Below, one piece after another: positions 28,920 to 38,209 of a stretch of DNA of 64,000 nt. The translations under genes and the position numbers were made by a program. Position 1 is the first letter of the stretch. The number at the start of each line of letters is the position of its first letter. Origin of the DNA: Candidatus Spongiihabitans thiooxidans (GTDB lineage: Bacteria; Pseudomonadota; Gammaproteobacteria; Arenicellales; Poriferihabitantaceae); NCBI GenBank assembly GCA_001543005.1, contig LFLB01000031.1, positions 2,637-66,636 on the forward strand. The letters run 5' to 3'. The notes beneath the pieces were generated by a model. The model was not told where the DNA came from. It saw only the letters and a list, made by a program, of their open reading frames with translations, and made no database searches.

Positions 28920-29279
28920 ATGCCCAAGCCCACACAAGCCGAACCTATACAAGCCGATCTAAAAATCTCCAGCGACGCGATGAGTAGAATCACCGAGTTG
29001 CTTGCCACCAAGGACAATCCAGACTTGATGCTTCGCGTCTATATCCAGGGTGGCGGTTGTTCTGGTTTTCAGTACGGTTTTCAGTTTGACGAAAATCAGG
29101 AAGAAGATGACATCACCGTAGAACGCGACGGCATCAAAGTGTTAATCGATATGCTCAGTTTGCAGTATCTGAGCGGAGCGGAAATTGATTACAAGGATGA
29201 TCTGATGGGCAGCCGATTTCTGGTAAACAATCCTAATGCCTCAGCCACCTGCGGCTGTGGGTCTTCGTTTTCGATATAG
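28920..29279 (+). CDS. erpA: Iron-sulfur cluster insertion protein ErpA (A-type carrier)
   Basis: RVYIQGGGCSGFQYGFQFDE...VNNPNASATCGCGSSFSI. The start is set at ATG 28920. Confidence 0.9.
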   Translation: MPKPTQAEPIQADLKISSDAMSRITELLATKDNPDLMLRVYIQGGGCSGFQYGFQFDENQEEDDITVERDGIKVLIDMLSLQYLSGAEIDYKDDLMGSRFLVNNPNASATCGCGSSFSI

Positions 29280-29295
29280 ACGCATAACATTCGAC

Positions 29296-29557
29296 TCCAT
29301 GGAAGGGGGAGGTACGACCCCATGGAAGGGGGAGATAGAACTGAGTCTGGAACAGAAGTCGAGAGCGACGCAGGATGCCAAAGCCGACGACTCCAGGGAT
29401 GGGGGAGGTACGACCCCATGGAAGGGGAGATAGAACTGAGTCTGGAACAGAAGTCGAGAGCGACGCAGGATGCCAAAGCCGACGACCCCATGGAAGGGGG
29501 AGATAGAACTGAGTCTGGAACAGAAGTCGAGAGCGACGCAGGATGCCAAAGCCGACG
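29296..29557. repeat. Three tandem copies (96, 95 and ~71 bp) of a repeat unit in the erpA-grpE spacer
   Basis: Copies lie at 29296-29391, 29392-29486 (one G missing from a G-run) and 29487-29557 (lacks the first ~24 bp). The unit ends ...gcaggatgccaaagccgacgac. Confidence 0.95.
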
Positions 29558-29565
29558 GGGAGCAT

Positions 29566-29593
29566 TGACGGCTCTCTTGCGCTTTTGAATTTT
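29566..29593 (+). promoter_or_regulatory. Putative sigma32 (heat-shock) promoter of grpE
   Basis: CTTGCGC-13 nt-CCCCATAT compares with the sigma32 consensus CTTGAAA-N13-15-CCCCATNT. It lies ~50 nt upstream of the first grpE ATG. Confidence 0.55.
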
Positions 29594-29641
29594 ATCCCCA
29601 TATTTCCGCAATAATTTACAACTGTACCTATTAAGTCAATT

Positions 29642-30412
29642 ATGAGTCGAAAGTCAACAAAGTCCAACGATCAACGCTATCAGGAACCGCTTGGAAATAT
29701 CCATAAGAATATCCCTGAAGAACCAAATATCCTTGAACAAACCGCCGATGAGTTGGTTGATGAATCACCGCTTGGTGTTTCTGAGGACGACTGCATGGAT
29801 GCCAAAGCCGACGACCCCAGGGACGGGGGAGGTACGACTCCAAGGAAGGGGGAGGTAGAACTGAGTCTGGAGCAGAAGTCGAGGGCGACGCAGGATGCCA
29901 AAGCCGATGATTCCAGAGAGGATTTGATTGAAAAATTGGTCGCCGCGCACAGCCAGATCGATGAATTAAAAGACGGTTATATTCGGGCTAAAGCTGAAAT
30001 GGAAAATATTCGGCGGCGTAGCCAGAATGAAATGGTATCGGCCCGCAAATACGCAATCGAAGGATTTGCCCAGGAATTACTCGGTGTTGTTGATAGTCTG
30101 GATCAGGCGACCAGGGTTGAGATGGATAAGCCAAACGGAGAAACCGCCATTAATATGAAAGAGAATATGAAACAGGGGCTGGAATTGACCCTGAAGCAGT
30201 TTGATAAAGTAATGGAAAAGTTTGGCGTTATTGCGGTGGAGGCAGAACCCGGGGTAAAGTTTAATCCCGAAGTACATCAGGCGATTAGCGTGATTGCGAG
30301 CGATGAGGTTGAGCCTGAACATATTGTAAACGTGGTGCAAAAAGGTTTTTCCTTAAAAGATAGGTTATTACGTCCAGCGATGGTTGTGATTGCTAAAAGT
30401 CCCGAAAAATAG
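29642..30412 (+). CDS. grpE: Nucleotide exchange factor GrpE
   Basis: The core reads [18 protein letters not shown]...FNPEVHQAI...[17 protein letters not shown]. The start is ambiguous: ATG 29642 has no clear SD, while ATG 29795 is preceded by GAGGA. Confidence 0.9.
   Translation: MSRKSTKSNDQRYQEPLGNIHKNIPEEPNILEQTADELVDESPLGVSEDDCMDAKADDPRDGGGTTPRKGEVELSLEQKSRATQDAKADDSREDLIEKLVAAHSQIDELKDGYIRAKAEMENIRRRSQNEMVSARKYAIEGFAQELLGVVDSLDQATRVEMDKPNGETAINMKENMKQGLELTLKQFDKVMEKFGVIAVEAEPGVKFNPEVHQAISVIASDEVEPEHIVNVVQKGFSLKDRLLRPAMVVIAKSPEK
29797..29911. repeat. Fourth, diverged copy (plus an 18-bp partial) of the 96-bp erpA-grpE repeat, lying inside the grpE 5' coding region
   Basis: 29816-29911 aligns over 96 bp with 29296-29391 with a few substitutions. 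In the grpE frame it encodes [32 protein letters not shown]. Confidence 0.9.
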
Positions 30413-30422
30413 TGAAAAATCA

Positions 30423-30450
30423 CTTGTTATTCAATCGTTAACCCTTATAT
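30423..30450 (+). promoter_or_regulatory. Possible sigma32-type promoter of dnaK
   Basis: CTTGTTA-12 nt-CCCTTATAT is a weaker match than the grpE promoter. Confidence 0.35.
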
Positions 30451-30497
30451 CAAAGTCAGTTGTTTTAAGACCCAGGTTTATAGAGGACCCTAAAAAA

Positions 30498-32417
30498 ATG
30501 TCAAAAATTATAGGTATTGATCTTGGTACTACCAATTCCTGCGTTGCAGTGATGGAAGGCGGTACGCCCAAGGTTATCGAAAATAGTGAAGGTGATCGTA
30601 CCACGCCCTCCATCGTCGCGTTTACTAAAGATGGTGAGGTTTTAGTGGGGCAGTCAGCCAAACGTCAATCCGTTACTAACCCGGAAAATACAATCTTCGC
30701 AGTTAAACGTTTAATCGGACGTCAGTTCGACGAAGACGTGGTGCAGCGCGATATGGACTTAATGCCTTATAAAATTATTAAAGCCAAAAATGGTGATGCT
30801 TGGGTAGAGGCTGGCGGCAAACAAATGGCTTCACCAGAGGTCTCGGCGCGAATACTACAGAAGATGAAACAGACGGCTGAGGATTATCTGGGGGAAAAAG
30901 TGACCGAAGCGGTTATCACTGTACCCGCGTATTTCAATGACTCTCAGCGTCAGGCGACCAAAGATGCTGGAAAAATCGCTGGACTGGAAGTTAAACGAAT
31001 TATCAACGAACCTACCGCAGCAGCCTTGGCTTATGGCATGGACAAATCCAGGGGAGATCGAAAAATCGTGGTCTATGATTTAGGCGGCGGCACTTTCGAC
31101 ATCTCGATTATCGAGATTGCGGAAATTGAGGGCGAGCACCAATTTGAAGTGCTTTCAACCAATGGCGATACTTTCCTCGGCGGCGAAGATTTCGATCGGC
31201 GTTTGATCGATTATTTAGCCGATGAGTTTAAGAAAGACCAAGGCATGGATCTTCGAGGCGACCCGCTGGCAATGCAACGGCTCAAGGAGGGCGCTGAAAA
31301 AGCGAAAATCGAATTGTCTTCCAGCTCTCAAACCGAAGTCAACCTGCCGTATATCACCGCGGATGCCAGTGGACCGAAGCATTTGAATATGAAATTAACC
31401 CGCGCTAAATTGGAATCTCTGGTAGATGATTTATTGCAACGTACTTTGGGACCTTGCAAAATCGCCCTGCAGGACGCGGGACTAAAAGCCTCTGAAATCG
31501 ATGATGTCATACTGGTCGGTGGTCAAACACGGATGCCCAAAGTCCATGAAGTTGTTGAAAACTTTTTTGGAAAGGAGGCACGCAGAGATGTTAACCCCGA
31601 CGAGGCGGTAGCGGTTGGCGCCGCGATTCAAGGTGGCGTACTGGGCGGCGACGTTAAAGATGTATTGTTGCTGGACGTTACGCCATTGTCGTTAGGGATA
31701 GAAACGCTGGGCGGTGTTATGACTAAATTGGTCGAGAAAAATACCACAATCCCAACCAACGCCAGTCAGATATTTTCGACTGCTGACGACAACCAGAATG
31801 CGGTAACAGTCCATGTGCTACAGGGCGAGCGTGAAATGGCGAGTGGAAATAAGTCTTTGGGCCGATTCGATCTGACTGAGATTCCGCCGGCGGCGAGGGG
31901 AATTCCCCAAATTGAAGTCTCGTTTGATATCGATTCCAACGGCATTCTAAATGTATCGGCGAAAGACAAGGTCACCGGTAAAGAAAACAAAATTGTCATT
32001 AAATCGAGCTCTGGATTGTCTGACGCAGAAATTGATAAAATGGTTCGGGATGCTGAAGAGCATGCTGATGAAGACAGAAAAACCAGAGCATTAGTTGATG
32101 CACGCAACCAGGGTGAATCTCGGATACACGGTGTCAGGAAATCTTTGGATGAGCTTGGCGATAAAGTTGAGGCTACGGAAAAAGAAAACATCGAGTCTGC
32201 AATTTCAGAACTTGAACAAGCGCTAAAAGAAGATGACCTGGAAGCCATCACAGCTAAAACCGAAGCATTGACCCAGGCATCCCACAAATTAGCTGAGCAA
32301 GTGTATGCCCAGGCGCAAAGTGATCAATCCGGTGGTGATCATGGTGATGGTGACTCAGCTGACGATGTCGTGGATGCCGAATTTGAAGAAGTAGATGATG
32401 AGGACAAAAAATCCTGA
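30498..32417 (+). CDS. dnaK: Molecular chaperone DnaK (Hsp70)
   Basis: [18 protein letters not shown]..., DLGGGTFD, and the full Hsp70 architecture. Confidence 0.98.
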   Translation: MSKIIGIDLGTTNSCVAVMEGGTPKVIENSEGDRTTPSIVAFTKDGEVLVGQSAKRQSVTNPENTIFAVKRLIGRQFDEDVVQRDMDLMPYKIIKAKNGDAWVEAGGKQMASPEVSARILQKMKQTAEDYLGEKVTEAVITVPAYFNDSQRQATKDAGKIAGLEVKRIINEPTAAALAYGMDKSRGDRKIVVYDLGGGTFDISIIEIAEIEGEHQFEVLSTNGDTFLGGEDFDRRLIDYLADEFKKDQGMDLRGDPLAMQRLKEGAEKAKIELSSSSQTEVNLPYITADASGPKHLNMKLTRAKLESLVDDLLQRTLGPCKIALQDAGLKASEIDDVILVGGQTRMPKVHEVVENFFGKEARRDVNPDEAVAVGAAIQGGVLGGDVKDVLLLDVTPLSLGIETLGGVMTKLVEKNTTIPTNASQIFSTADDNQNAVTVHVLQGEREMASGNKSLGRFDLTEIPPAARGIPQIEVSFDIDSNGILNVSAKDKVTGKENKIVIKSSSGLSDAEIDKMVRDAEEHADEDRKTRALVDARNQGESRIHGVRKSLDELGDKVEATEKENIESAISELEQALKEDDLEAITAKTEALTQASHKLAEQVYAQAQSDQSGGDHGDGDSADDVVDAEFEEVDDEDKKS

Positions 32418-32424
32418 ATACATA

Positions 32425-32458
32425 ATAAGCGCCCATAAATAAGCGCCCATAAATAAGC
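32425..32458. repeat. 14-bp tandem repeat x2.4 (ataagcgcccataa) just after the dnaK stop
   Basis: Read directly from the sequence. Confidence 0.9.
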
Positions 32459-32464
32459 AAGCAG

Positions 32465-32488
32465 AAGCGGGGCCATGACCCCGCTTTT
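32465..32488 (+). terminator. Rho-independent terminator-like hairpin after dnaK
   Basis: AAGCGGGG-ccatga-CCCCGCTT is followed by TT(G). Confidence 0.7.
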
Positions 32489-32527
32489 GCATGTCAATTA
32501 TTAAACGGCGCGTATACAACGACAAAT

Positions 32528-33655
32528 ATGTCAAAAAAAGATTATTACGAAGTTCTGGATGTAAGCAGGGATGTCAGCGATCAAGACTTGAAAAAGGCCT
32601 ATCGTCGGCTGGCAATGAAACACCATCCAGATCGTAATCAAAATAGCGCGGAGTCCGAAGCTAAATTCAAGGAAGCCAAGGAGGCTTACGGTGTTTTGGG
32701 GGACGCTCAAAAACGTGCGGCATACGACCAGTTTGGCCATGCCGGGGTTGATCCCGCCAGTGGCATGGGCGGCGGTGCTGGAGTGGGTGGTTTTGGGGAC
32801 ATATTCGGGGACATATTTGGGGATATCTTCGGTGGCGGTGCAGCCGCAGGTCGTCGCAGAAATCGTGGCTCAGATTTACGATACCGTTTGAATCTGACCT
32901 TGGAGGAAGCGGTTATGGGCGTGGAAAAACAAATTCGCGTTCCGAAGATGGCAAATTGTGCGACTTGTGATGGCTCTGGATCGAGACCGGGTTCGAAAGC
33001 CAAAACATGTGATACCTGTCATGGACAGGGCCAGGTAAGAATGCAACAGGGATTTTTCTCGGTGCAACAGACTTGCCCACATTGCAAAGGGCAAGGAAAG
33101 GTAATTTCAGACCCATGCACATCGTGTCGTGGGCAAGGGGTGGTTAAACAGGAAAAAAACCTATCTGTGAAAATTCCTGCGGGCGTGGATGACGGCGATC
33201 AAGTGCGGTTGTCCGGTGAAGGCGAAAGTGCTGGTCAAGGCACTTCTCCCGGGGATTTGTATGTTCAGGTCAGGATAAAAAAGCACGATATATTTGAAAG
33301 GGATGGGGATAATTTGTATTGTGAGGTGCCGGTTAGCTACGTCAAATTGGCATTAGGCGGCGAGTTGGAAATACCCACATTATCCGGTCGCACGAATTTG
33401 AAAATTCCGGCTGAAAGCCAGTCAGAGCGAGTTTTCAGATTGCGCGGCAAAGGCGTGCGTAATGTACGCACTGGCAATCAAGGATATTTAGATTGTAAAG
33501 TGGTTGTGGAAACCCCGGTGAATTTAACCAGGGAACAGAAAAAGCTATTGAAAGATTTTGAAAAAAGTTTAACCGAGGGCGGAAATCGACATTCTCCACG
33601 CAGCAGTTCATGGACTGGCAAGATAAAATTTTTCTTTGACGAGTTGGTGCCTTGA
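32528..33655 (+). CDS. dnaJ: Molecular chaperone DnaJ
   Basis: It has a J-domain ([16 protein letters not shown]), a G/F region and four CxxCxGxG zinc motifs. Confidence 0.97.
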   Translation: MSKKDYYEVLDVSRDVSDQDLKKAYRRLAMKHHPDRNQNSAESEAKFKEAKEAYGVLGDAQKRAAYDQFGHAGVDPASGMGGGAGVGGFGDIFGDIFGDIFGGGAAAGRRRNRGSDLRYRLNLTLEEAVMGVEKQIRVPKMANCATCDGSGSRPGSKAKTCDTCHGQGQVRMQQGFFSVQQTCPHCKGQGKVISDPCTSCRGQGVVKQEKNLSVKIPAGVDDGDQVRLSGEGESAGQGTSPGDLYVQVRIKKHDIFERDGDNLYCEVPVSYVKLALGGELEIPTLSGRTNLKIPAESQSERVFRLRGKGVRNVRTGNQGYLDCKVVVETPVNLTREQKKLLKDFEKSLTEGGNRHSPRSSSWTGKIKFFFDELVP

Positions 33656-33721
33656 ATAGAACCTGCTCTTGCTGATGAATCACCCGGGAACAGGTGCACC
33701 AAAAAACCGGTTAATCTTTTA

Positions 33722-35641
33722 ATGTCTGAAAGTTACAACGTATTGGCAACCGGTGGACTGTTTCACCAGCAGATCGAAGACTTCACACCGAGATTGGCGC
33801 AGCAAGAGATGGCACAGGCGGTTGAGGATTCTCTAGCCTTTTCAGGCCGGCTGGTGGTTGAATCCGGCACCGGCACCGGCAAGACTTACGCCTACCTTGT
33901 TGCCGTGGTGCTCAGTGGAAAACGTACTATTATTTCGACCGGCACGAAACATTTGCAGGCGCAAATTTTTGATCGTGATCTGCCGGTTGTGCTCAGCGTG
34001 CTTGATGAAACTGTCAGTGCGCAAATGCTGAAAGGGCGTGCCAATTATTTGTGCCGGTATCGCCTTAAACTAAACAGTCAGCAAAGCGATTTGGTGGGAA
34101 AAGCAAATCAGCTTGCATATGACGTGATCGATAAATGGGCTGCGCGGACGAAATCTGGCGATATTTCAGAAGTTTCTGATGTGAATGAGGATGATCCAGT
34201 ATGGAAACAGGTTACTTCGACAACGGATAACTGCCTCGGTGGAAAATGTCCCGACTACAGAAACTGTTTTGTCAACCAGGCTCGGCAACGCGCCATGAAG
34301 GCGGACATCGTGGTGGTAAATCATCATCTGTTCTTTTCTGATTTGACCCTTAAAACCGAAGGGTTTGGTGAGTTGTTGCCCGACCATGAGGCGGTAATTT
34401 TTGATGAGGCGCATAGTATTGCCAATATTGCGTCACAGTTTTTCGGGTTTTCATTGTCCAGTTTTCAATTAAAGGAGTTAACTAAAGATGTATTGGCGGC
34501 GGAAAAGGAGGAAAAAAGCACAGTAGATTTTGACGTTTGTATTCCTGCTCTGGAAAATCAAATAGATAAAATTCAGGGATATTGCAAGCGGCTTAAAAAT
34601 TCTACAGAAGTCCTGGCTAATTTAAAAAACGCCAAATTCGATGAATTGCTTGAATCTTTAGTGGTAAAGCTGGACGACCTGCAAAATGCTTTAAGCCTTG
34701 CCGCGCCCGTCGGTGAGGGTTTGTCACGTTGCCAAAAGCGTTGCTTGAAAATTCAAAATCAACTGGATCGTTGGTGGGAAAATCGAGATAAAAATTCTGT
34801 GTGTTGGCTGGAGGCCGGAAAATTCTGGTTCAGAATTAATTTAACGCCGCTTAATGTCGGCGTTCATTTTTCAAAATTTATTGAAAACGCTGGCAACCCT
34901 AGCGTGTCGTGGATTTTTACCTCCGCGACTTTGGCGGTGAAGGATGATTTTACCGCGTTTTGCAGCGAGATTGGTTTGGAGAATGCAGAAACGCGACGAT
35001 GGGAAAGTCCGTATGATTTTCAACAAAATGCGATGATGTACCTGCCGGCGGGATTGCCCGACCCCAGAGAATCAAATTTCTTTCAGGCATTGGCGGCTAC
35101 CATACTGGATGTGACTAGCGCCAGCAACGGGCGGGCATTTTGTTTATTTACCAGTCACGCCATGATGGAAAATGTTTATCAATTGCTGCATGGCAATTGC
35201 AAATGGCCATTGTTTGTGCAGGGACGGGCTGCAAAACAACAGCTGCTGGAACAATTCCTCCAGTCTGAAAATGCAGTTTTGTTGGGCACCTCAAGTTTTT
35301 GGGAGGGGGTCGATGTCAAAGGCGAGGCACTCAGTTGCGTAATCATAGATAAACTGCCGTTTGCATCGCCTGCAGAACCGGTACTGAAGAGTAAATTGCA
35401 AAATAGTGAGGAACAGGGCGGGAATCCGTTTATGGATATTCAAATTCCCAATGCAGTGATTGCACTTAAACAGGGAGCGGGGCGTTTAATTCGCTCTGAA
35501 TCCGACCGCGGAATACTGGTCATTTGTGATCAGAGGATGACCACGAAAGCCTATGGCAGTTTGTTTTTGAAAAGCCTGCCACCGATGCCGGTAACTCAAA
35601 GTCTTTATGATGTGCAACGATTTTTTGCGTCGTGTCGATAG
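33722..35641 (+). CDS. yoaA: ATP-dependent DNA helicase, DinG/YoaA (XPD-like, Fe-S) family
   Basis: Walker A is ESGTGTGKT and DEAH-like is FDEAHS. Fe-S cysteines occur in C..GKCPDYRNCF. The length of 639 aa resembles YoaA. Confidence 0.75.
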   Translation: MSESYNVLATGGLFHQQIEDFTPRLAQQEMAQAVEDSLAFSGRLVVESGTGTGKTYAYLVAVVLSGKRTIISTGTKHLQAQIFDRDLPVVLSVLDETVSAQMLKGRANYLCRYRLKLNSQQSDLVGKANQLAYDVIDKWAARTKSGDISEVSDVNEDDPVWKQVTSTTDNCLGGKCPDYRNCFVNQARQRAMKADIVVVNHHLFFSDLTLKTEGFGELLPDHEAVIFDEAHSIANIASQFFGFSLSSFQLKELTKDVLAAEKEEKSTVDFDVCIPALENQIDKIQGYCKRLKNSTEVLANLKNAKFDELLESLVVKLDDLQNALSLAAPVGEGLSRCQKRCLKIQNQLDRWWENRDKNSVCWLEAGKFWFRINLTPLNVGVHFSKFIENAGNPSVSWIFTSATLAVKDDFTAFCSEIGLENAETRRWESPYDFQQNAMMYLPAGLPDPRESNFFQALAATILDVTSASNGRAFCLFTSHAMMENVYQLLHGNCKWPLFVQGRAAKQQLLEQFLQSENAVLLGTSSFWEGVDVKGEALSCVIIDKLPFASPAEPVLKSKLQNSEEQGGNPFMDIQIPNAVIALKQGAGRLIRSESDRGILVICDQRMTTKAYGSLFLKSLPPMPVTQSLYDVQRFFASCR

Positions 35642-35674
35642 CATCAAATCGACAACATCGGCTGAATACAATCT

Positions 35675-36406
35675 ATGAAAATACTTGCCATAGACACCGC
35701 GACTGAAGCTTGTTCTGTGGCGCTATCAACCGCTCAGGAAATTATTCAGAAGTATGACATTCAGTCCATCGGGCAGCCGGCCGCACATTCGAGATTAGTA
35801 TTGCAAATGGTGGAAGATGTACTACAAAAATCAAACTTCAGACTGGGCAATTTGGATGCCATTGCGGTAAACACTGGACCGGGATCATTCACGGGCGTCA
35901 GAATCGGTTTGGGCGTGGCCCAGGGCTTGGCTTATGGTGCGGACTTGCCGGTTATTGGTGTCTGTTCGTTGGCAGTGTTGGCCGCATCAATTGAGAGTGG
36001 TGTGGTATTGCCGGCTATTGATGCACGAATGAATCAGGTTTATTGCGGACTCTATGAAGTGGTTAAAAGTTCTAAACCGATTCAACTGTATCACCCGGTG
36101 GTGGTTAATCCGGGTTCAATGCCGTTTCCGGTAAACAAATCCGCCTGCGGCTTAGGCAGCGGTTGGGATGTTTATGGCGACGCCATTATCGCGGGTATTG
36201 GGCACAACGAAATAAACCGCTTATCGGTGCGCTATCCCGAAGCAAAATATCTGGCCAAAGTCGCGCAACAATCGGGCTTGGAGTCGGCGGTGGCACCCAT
36301 GCAACTGCAGGCAACTTATGTCAGAAATAACATCGTTGAATCCCGAAAGCGGCTTCCTCCGGGAACACGTCCTGTCCGGCACGCCGACCACGCCCGGGGT
36401 CACTGA
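35675..36406 (+). CDS. tsaB: tRNA t6A biosynthesis protein TsaB (YeaZ), with a non-native C-terminal tail
   Basis: MKILAIDTATEACSVAL...GPGSFTGVRIG. After ...ATYVRNN (~36330) the frame runs into G+C-rich foreign DNA, reading ...RKRLPPGTRPVRHADHARGH. Confidence 0.85.
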   Translation: MKILAIDTATEACSVALSTAQEIIQKYDIQSIGQPAAHSRLVLQMVEDVLQKSNFRLGNLDAIAVNTGPGSFTGVRIGLGVAQGLAYGADLPVIGVCSLAVLAASIESGVVLPAIDARMNQVYCGLYEVVKSSKPIQLYHPVVVNPGSMPFPVNKSACGLGSGWDVYGDAIIAGIGHNEINRLSVRYPEAKYLAKVAQQSGLESAVAPMQLQATYVRNNIVESRKRLPPGTRPVRHADHARGH

Positions 36407-36577
36407 ATTGACCTATACGGCCACCGACAGTGCCACGGCGCAAGGTGTTTCGGCTTCCCGTGGTCTATCGAGCCATGGCCGGACTGGACGGCCACCGACA
36501 GTGCCACGGCGCAAGGTGTTTCGGCCCAGCACAAGAGGCAAAAATTGAGAACCAAAGCAAATACAACCGCCGCGTAA
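36330..36577 (+). pseudogene. Fragment of a cadherin-like/putative-Ig (He_PIG-like) repeat protein gene, frame-broken
   Basis: It reads SLNPESGFL..SGTPTTPGVTELTYTATDSATAQGVSA, the usual L.P.TG.LSGTPT..G.Y.FTVTATD pattern. A 38-bp stretch (36417-36454) recurs at 36488-36525 in another frame. No plausible full-length gene exists. Confidence 0.4.
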
Positions 36578-36646
36578 TCGTGGTGTTTGGTGAGGGGAAG
36601 GGGTGAGAACGAGTGAGGAATGAAATTTCCCTGCCTGTTTTCCGTC

Positions 36647-38209
36647 TCAGTCGTACACCACTCTGAAGCCTATGCTGTCAGAGCGGTGAGTGAGGGGCAG
36701 CAGTCGCCCAAACATGCTGCGCGCTGTGGTTTTGCCGGGTAACAGCCAGTTACCGCCCTGCACCCAGGCGGCGTAGTCGCCTCGTTCGGCGGTTATAGAG
36801 AGGGTCCACTCCGAGACGTTGCCGGCCAGGTCGTACACGCCGTTGGTGGTGCTGTCGTGTACTGCGTCCGCGCACTGGCGCGGCCCCGGTTCGGTCTGAT
36901 CGCCGGTGGCGGCGTTGTTCACCACATAATCACCGCCCCAAGGGTACGGATTGGCATCCGGCCCTGCGGCTAACAGTTGCCACTCTTCAACCAGGGGCAA
37001 TCGTCCGCCGGCCCAGCGGGCAAATGCGTCCGCCGCCCACCAGTTGATTCCGCTTACCGGCAGTTCGGGTCGCTGCAGTTGCTGTTCCCAGTTTTGCGGC
37101 ATGTAGTTTTGCCAGCGTGGTTCGTGTTCGTTGGCAAACAGACCGAGGCGCACCAGTGGATGACGTAAAAATGAGCGGTATTCGCTACGACTGACTTCGC
37201 AACGGCTTACCTCCATACGCCGTGCCCTCTGGGTTTGACTGATGAGACTGCGCGCTTTGCGTTGCCGTGCCGCCGGCAACAGTACCGCAATCCGGGCCAG
37301 CCGTAAGTCCCGTGGTACACCGAGCGGATAGTGGCCAACGGGAATCACCACCGATTTCGGCATCGCGCCCCACGGCAGGGTCGTCGCCGGTGGTTGTTGA
37401 TAGACGCAACGAAAACCCAGATGGTGGCTGCGCGTTTGTGGCTCAATATCAAGCCGGGCAGCGGCCAGTGCATACAGCGGCCGCCCGCGTGCGCGCATCG
37501 CCGGCGCACCGTGCGCCCCTGGCTGCCGTTCCAGAGGGTGTATGCCGCGCTGACCGCGGCTCCACTCCATCACATTGCCGGCCAGATCATGCACGCCTTC
37601 GGGTGTTGCCGTCGTTGGGTGCAGCGCGCAGGGTTTCGCGGCGTTGCGATGAGCGCTTTGGTAGGGCCAGGGGCTGTCATCGAAGGTGTCGCCCCATGGA
37701 TACAAACGCCCCTCACGCCCAACCGCCATCGCTTCCCATTCCTCGGCCCAAGGCAGGCGGCCGCCCGCTGCTGCGCAGTAGGCGACGGCGCCGTTGTAGT
37801 TCACTCCGCTTGCCGGAGACTGTAGCAATCCGGCGATGCGATGGCCGCTGGATGAACTGTACAATGCCTCCGGGTCGGACACCGGTGCACCGTCGCGTTG
37901 TTGCCAGCGTGCGAAACGCTCAAAGTCAAGTTGCCGCACTTCGCAGGTATCAGCCCAGAAGGAATTGATTTGTGTAGTATAAGCCGGTCGGTCCAGACGT
38001 CGCCGTAGCTCAGTGCCGAAATACCCGCGCTCCAGCGCTTCAAACAGAAACTGGTCAAACGCCCGGGCACGGGAGCTGTGCGATGCTTCAAAGCCGAGTT
38101 CCACGGTCACGGTATCGTTGTGCAACGCCCGAGAATCGAACTGGGTCAGTAACAACAGCAACAACACCAATGTGCCAAGACCGAATGCGGCGATGCGGTA
38201 TTGCTTCAT
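36647..38209 (-). CDS. Tandem FGE-sulfatase-fold (SUMF1/EgtB/PvdO family) protein with an N-terminal signal/anchor; the catalytic Cys pair is absent
   Basis: Domain 1 has YCAAAGGRLPWAEEWEAMA, RLYPWGD, HDLAGNVMEWS and HLGFRCVY. Domain 2 has FARWAGGRLPLVEEWQLLA, NPYPWGG, YDLAGNVSEWT and SIGFRVVYD. The start is set at MKQYRIAAFGLGTLVLLLLLL (ATG 38209), forming an ATGA overlap with the upstream stop. Confidence 0.85.
   Translation of the reverse strand: MKQYRIAAFGLGTLVLLLLLLTQFDSRALHNDTVTVELGFEASHSSRARAFDQFLFEALERGYFGTELRRRLDRPAYTTQINSFWADTCEVRQLDFERFARWQQRDGAPVSDPEALYSSSSGHRIAGLLQSPASGVNYNGAVAYCAAAGGRLPWAEEWEAMAVGREGRLYPWGDTFDDSPWPYQSAHRNAAKPCALHPTTATPEGVHDLAGNVMEWSRGQRGIHPLERQPGAHGAPAMRARGRPLYALAAARLDIEPQTRSHHLGFRCVYQQPPATTLPWGAMPKSVVIPVGHYPLGVPRDLRLARIAVLLPAARQRKARSLISQTQRARRMEVSRCEVSRSEYRSFLRHPLVRLGLFANEHEPRWQNYMPQNWEQQLQRPELPVSGINWWAADAFARWAGGRLPLVEEWQLLAAGPDANPYPWGGDYVVNNAATGDQTEPGPRQCADAVHDSTTNGVYDLAGNVSEWTLSITAERGDYAAWVQGGNWLLPGKTTARSMFGRLLPLTHRSDSIGFRVVYD

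Noticed and set aside
29236-29901. ORFs running through the 96-bp repeats on both strands (29236-29433, 29322-29588, 29189-29611, 29233-29667, 29241-29549, 29680-29901).
   Set aside because: All are generated by the repeat itself and are mutually overlapping in several frames. They lie upstream of the grpE promoter or antisense to grpE, with no start context.
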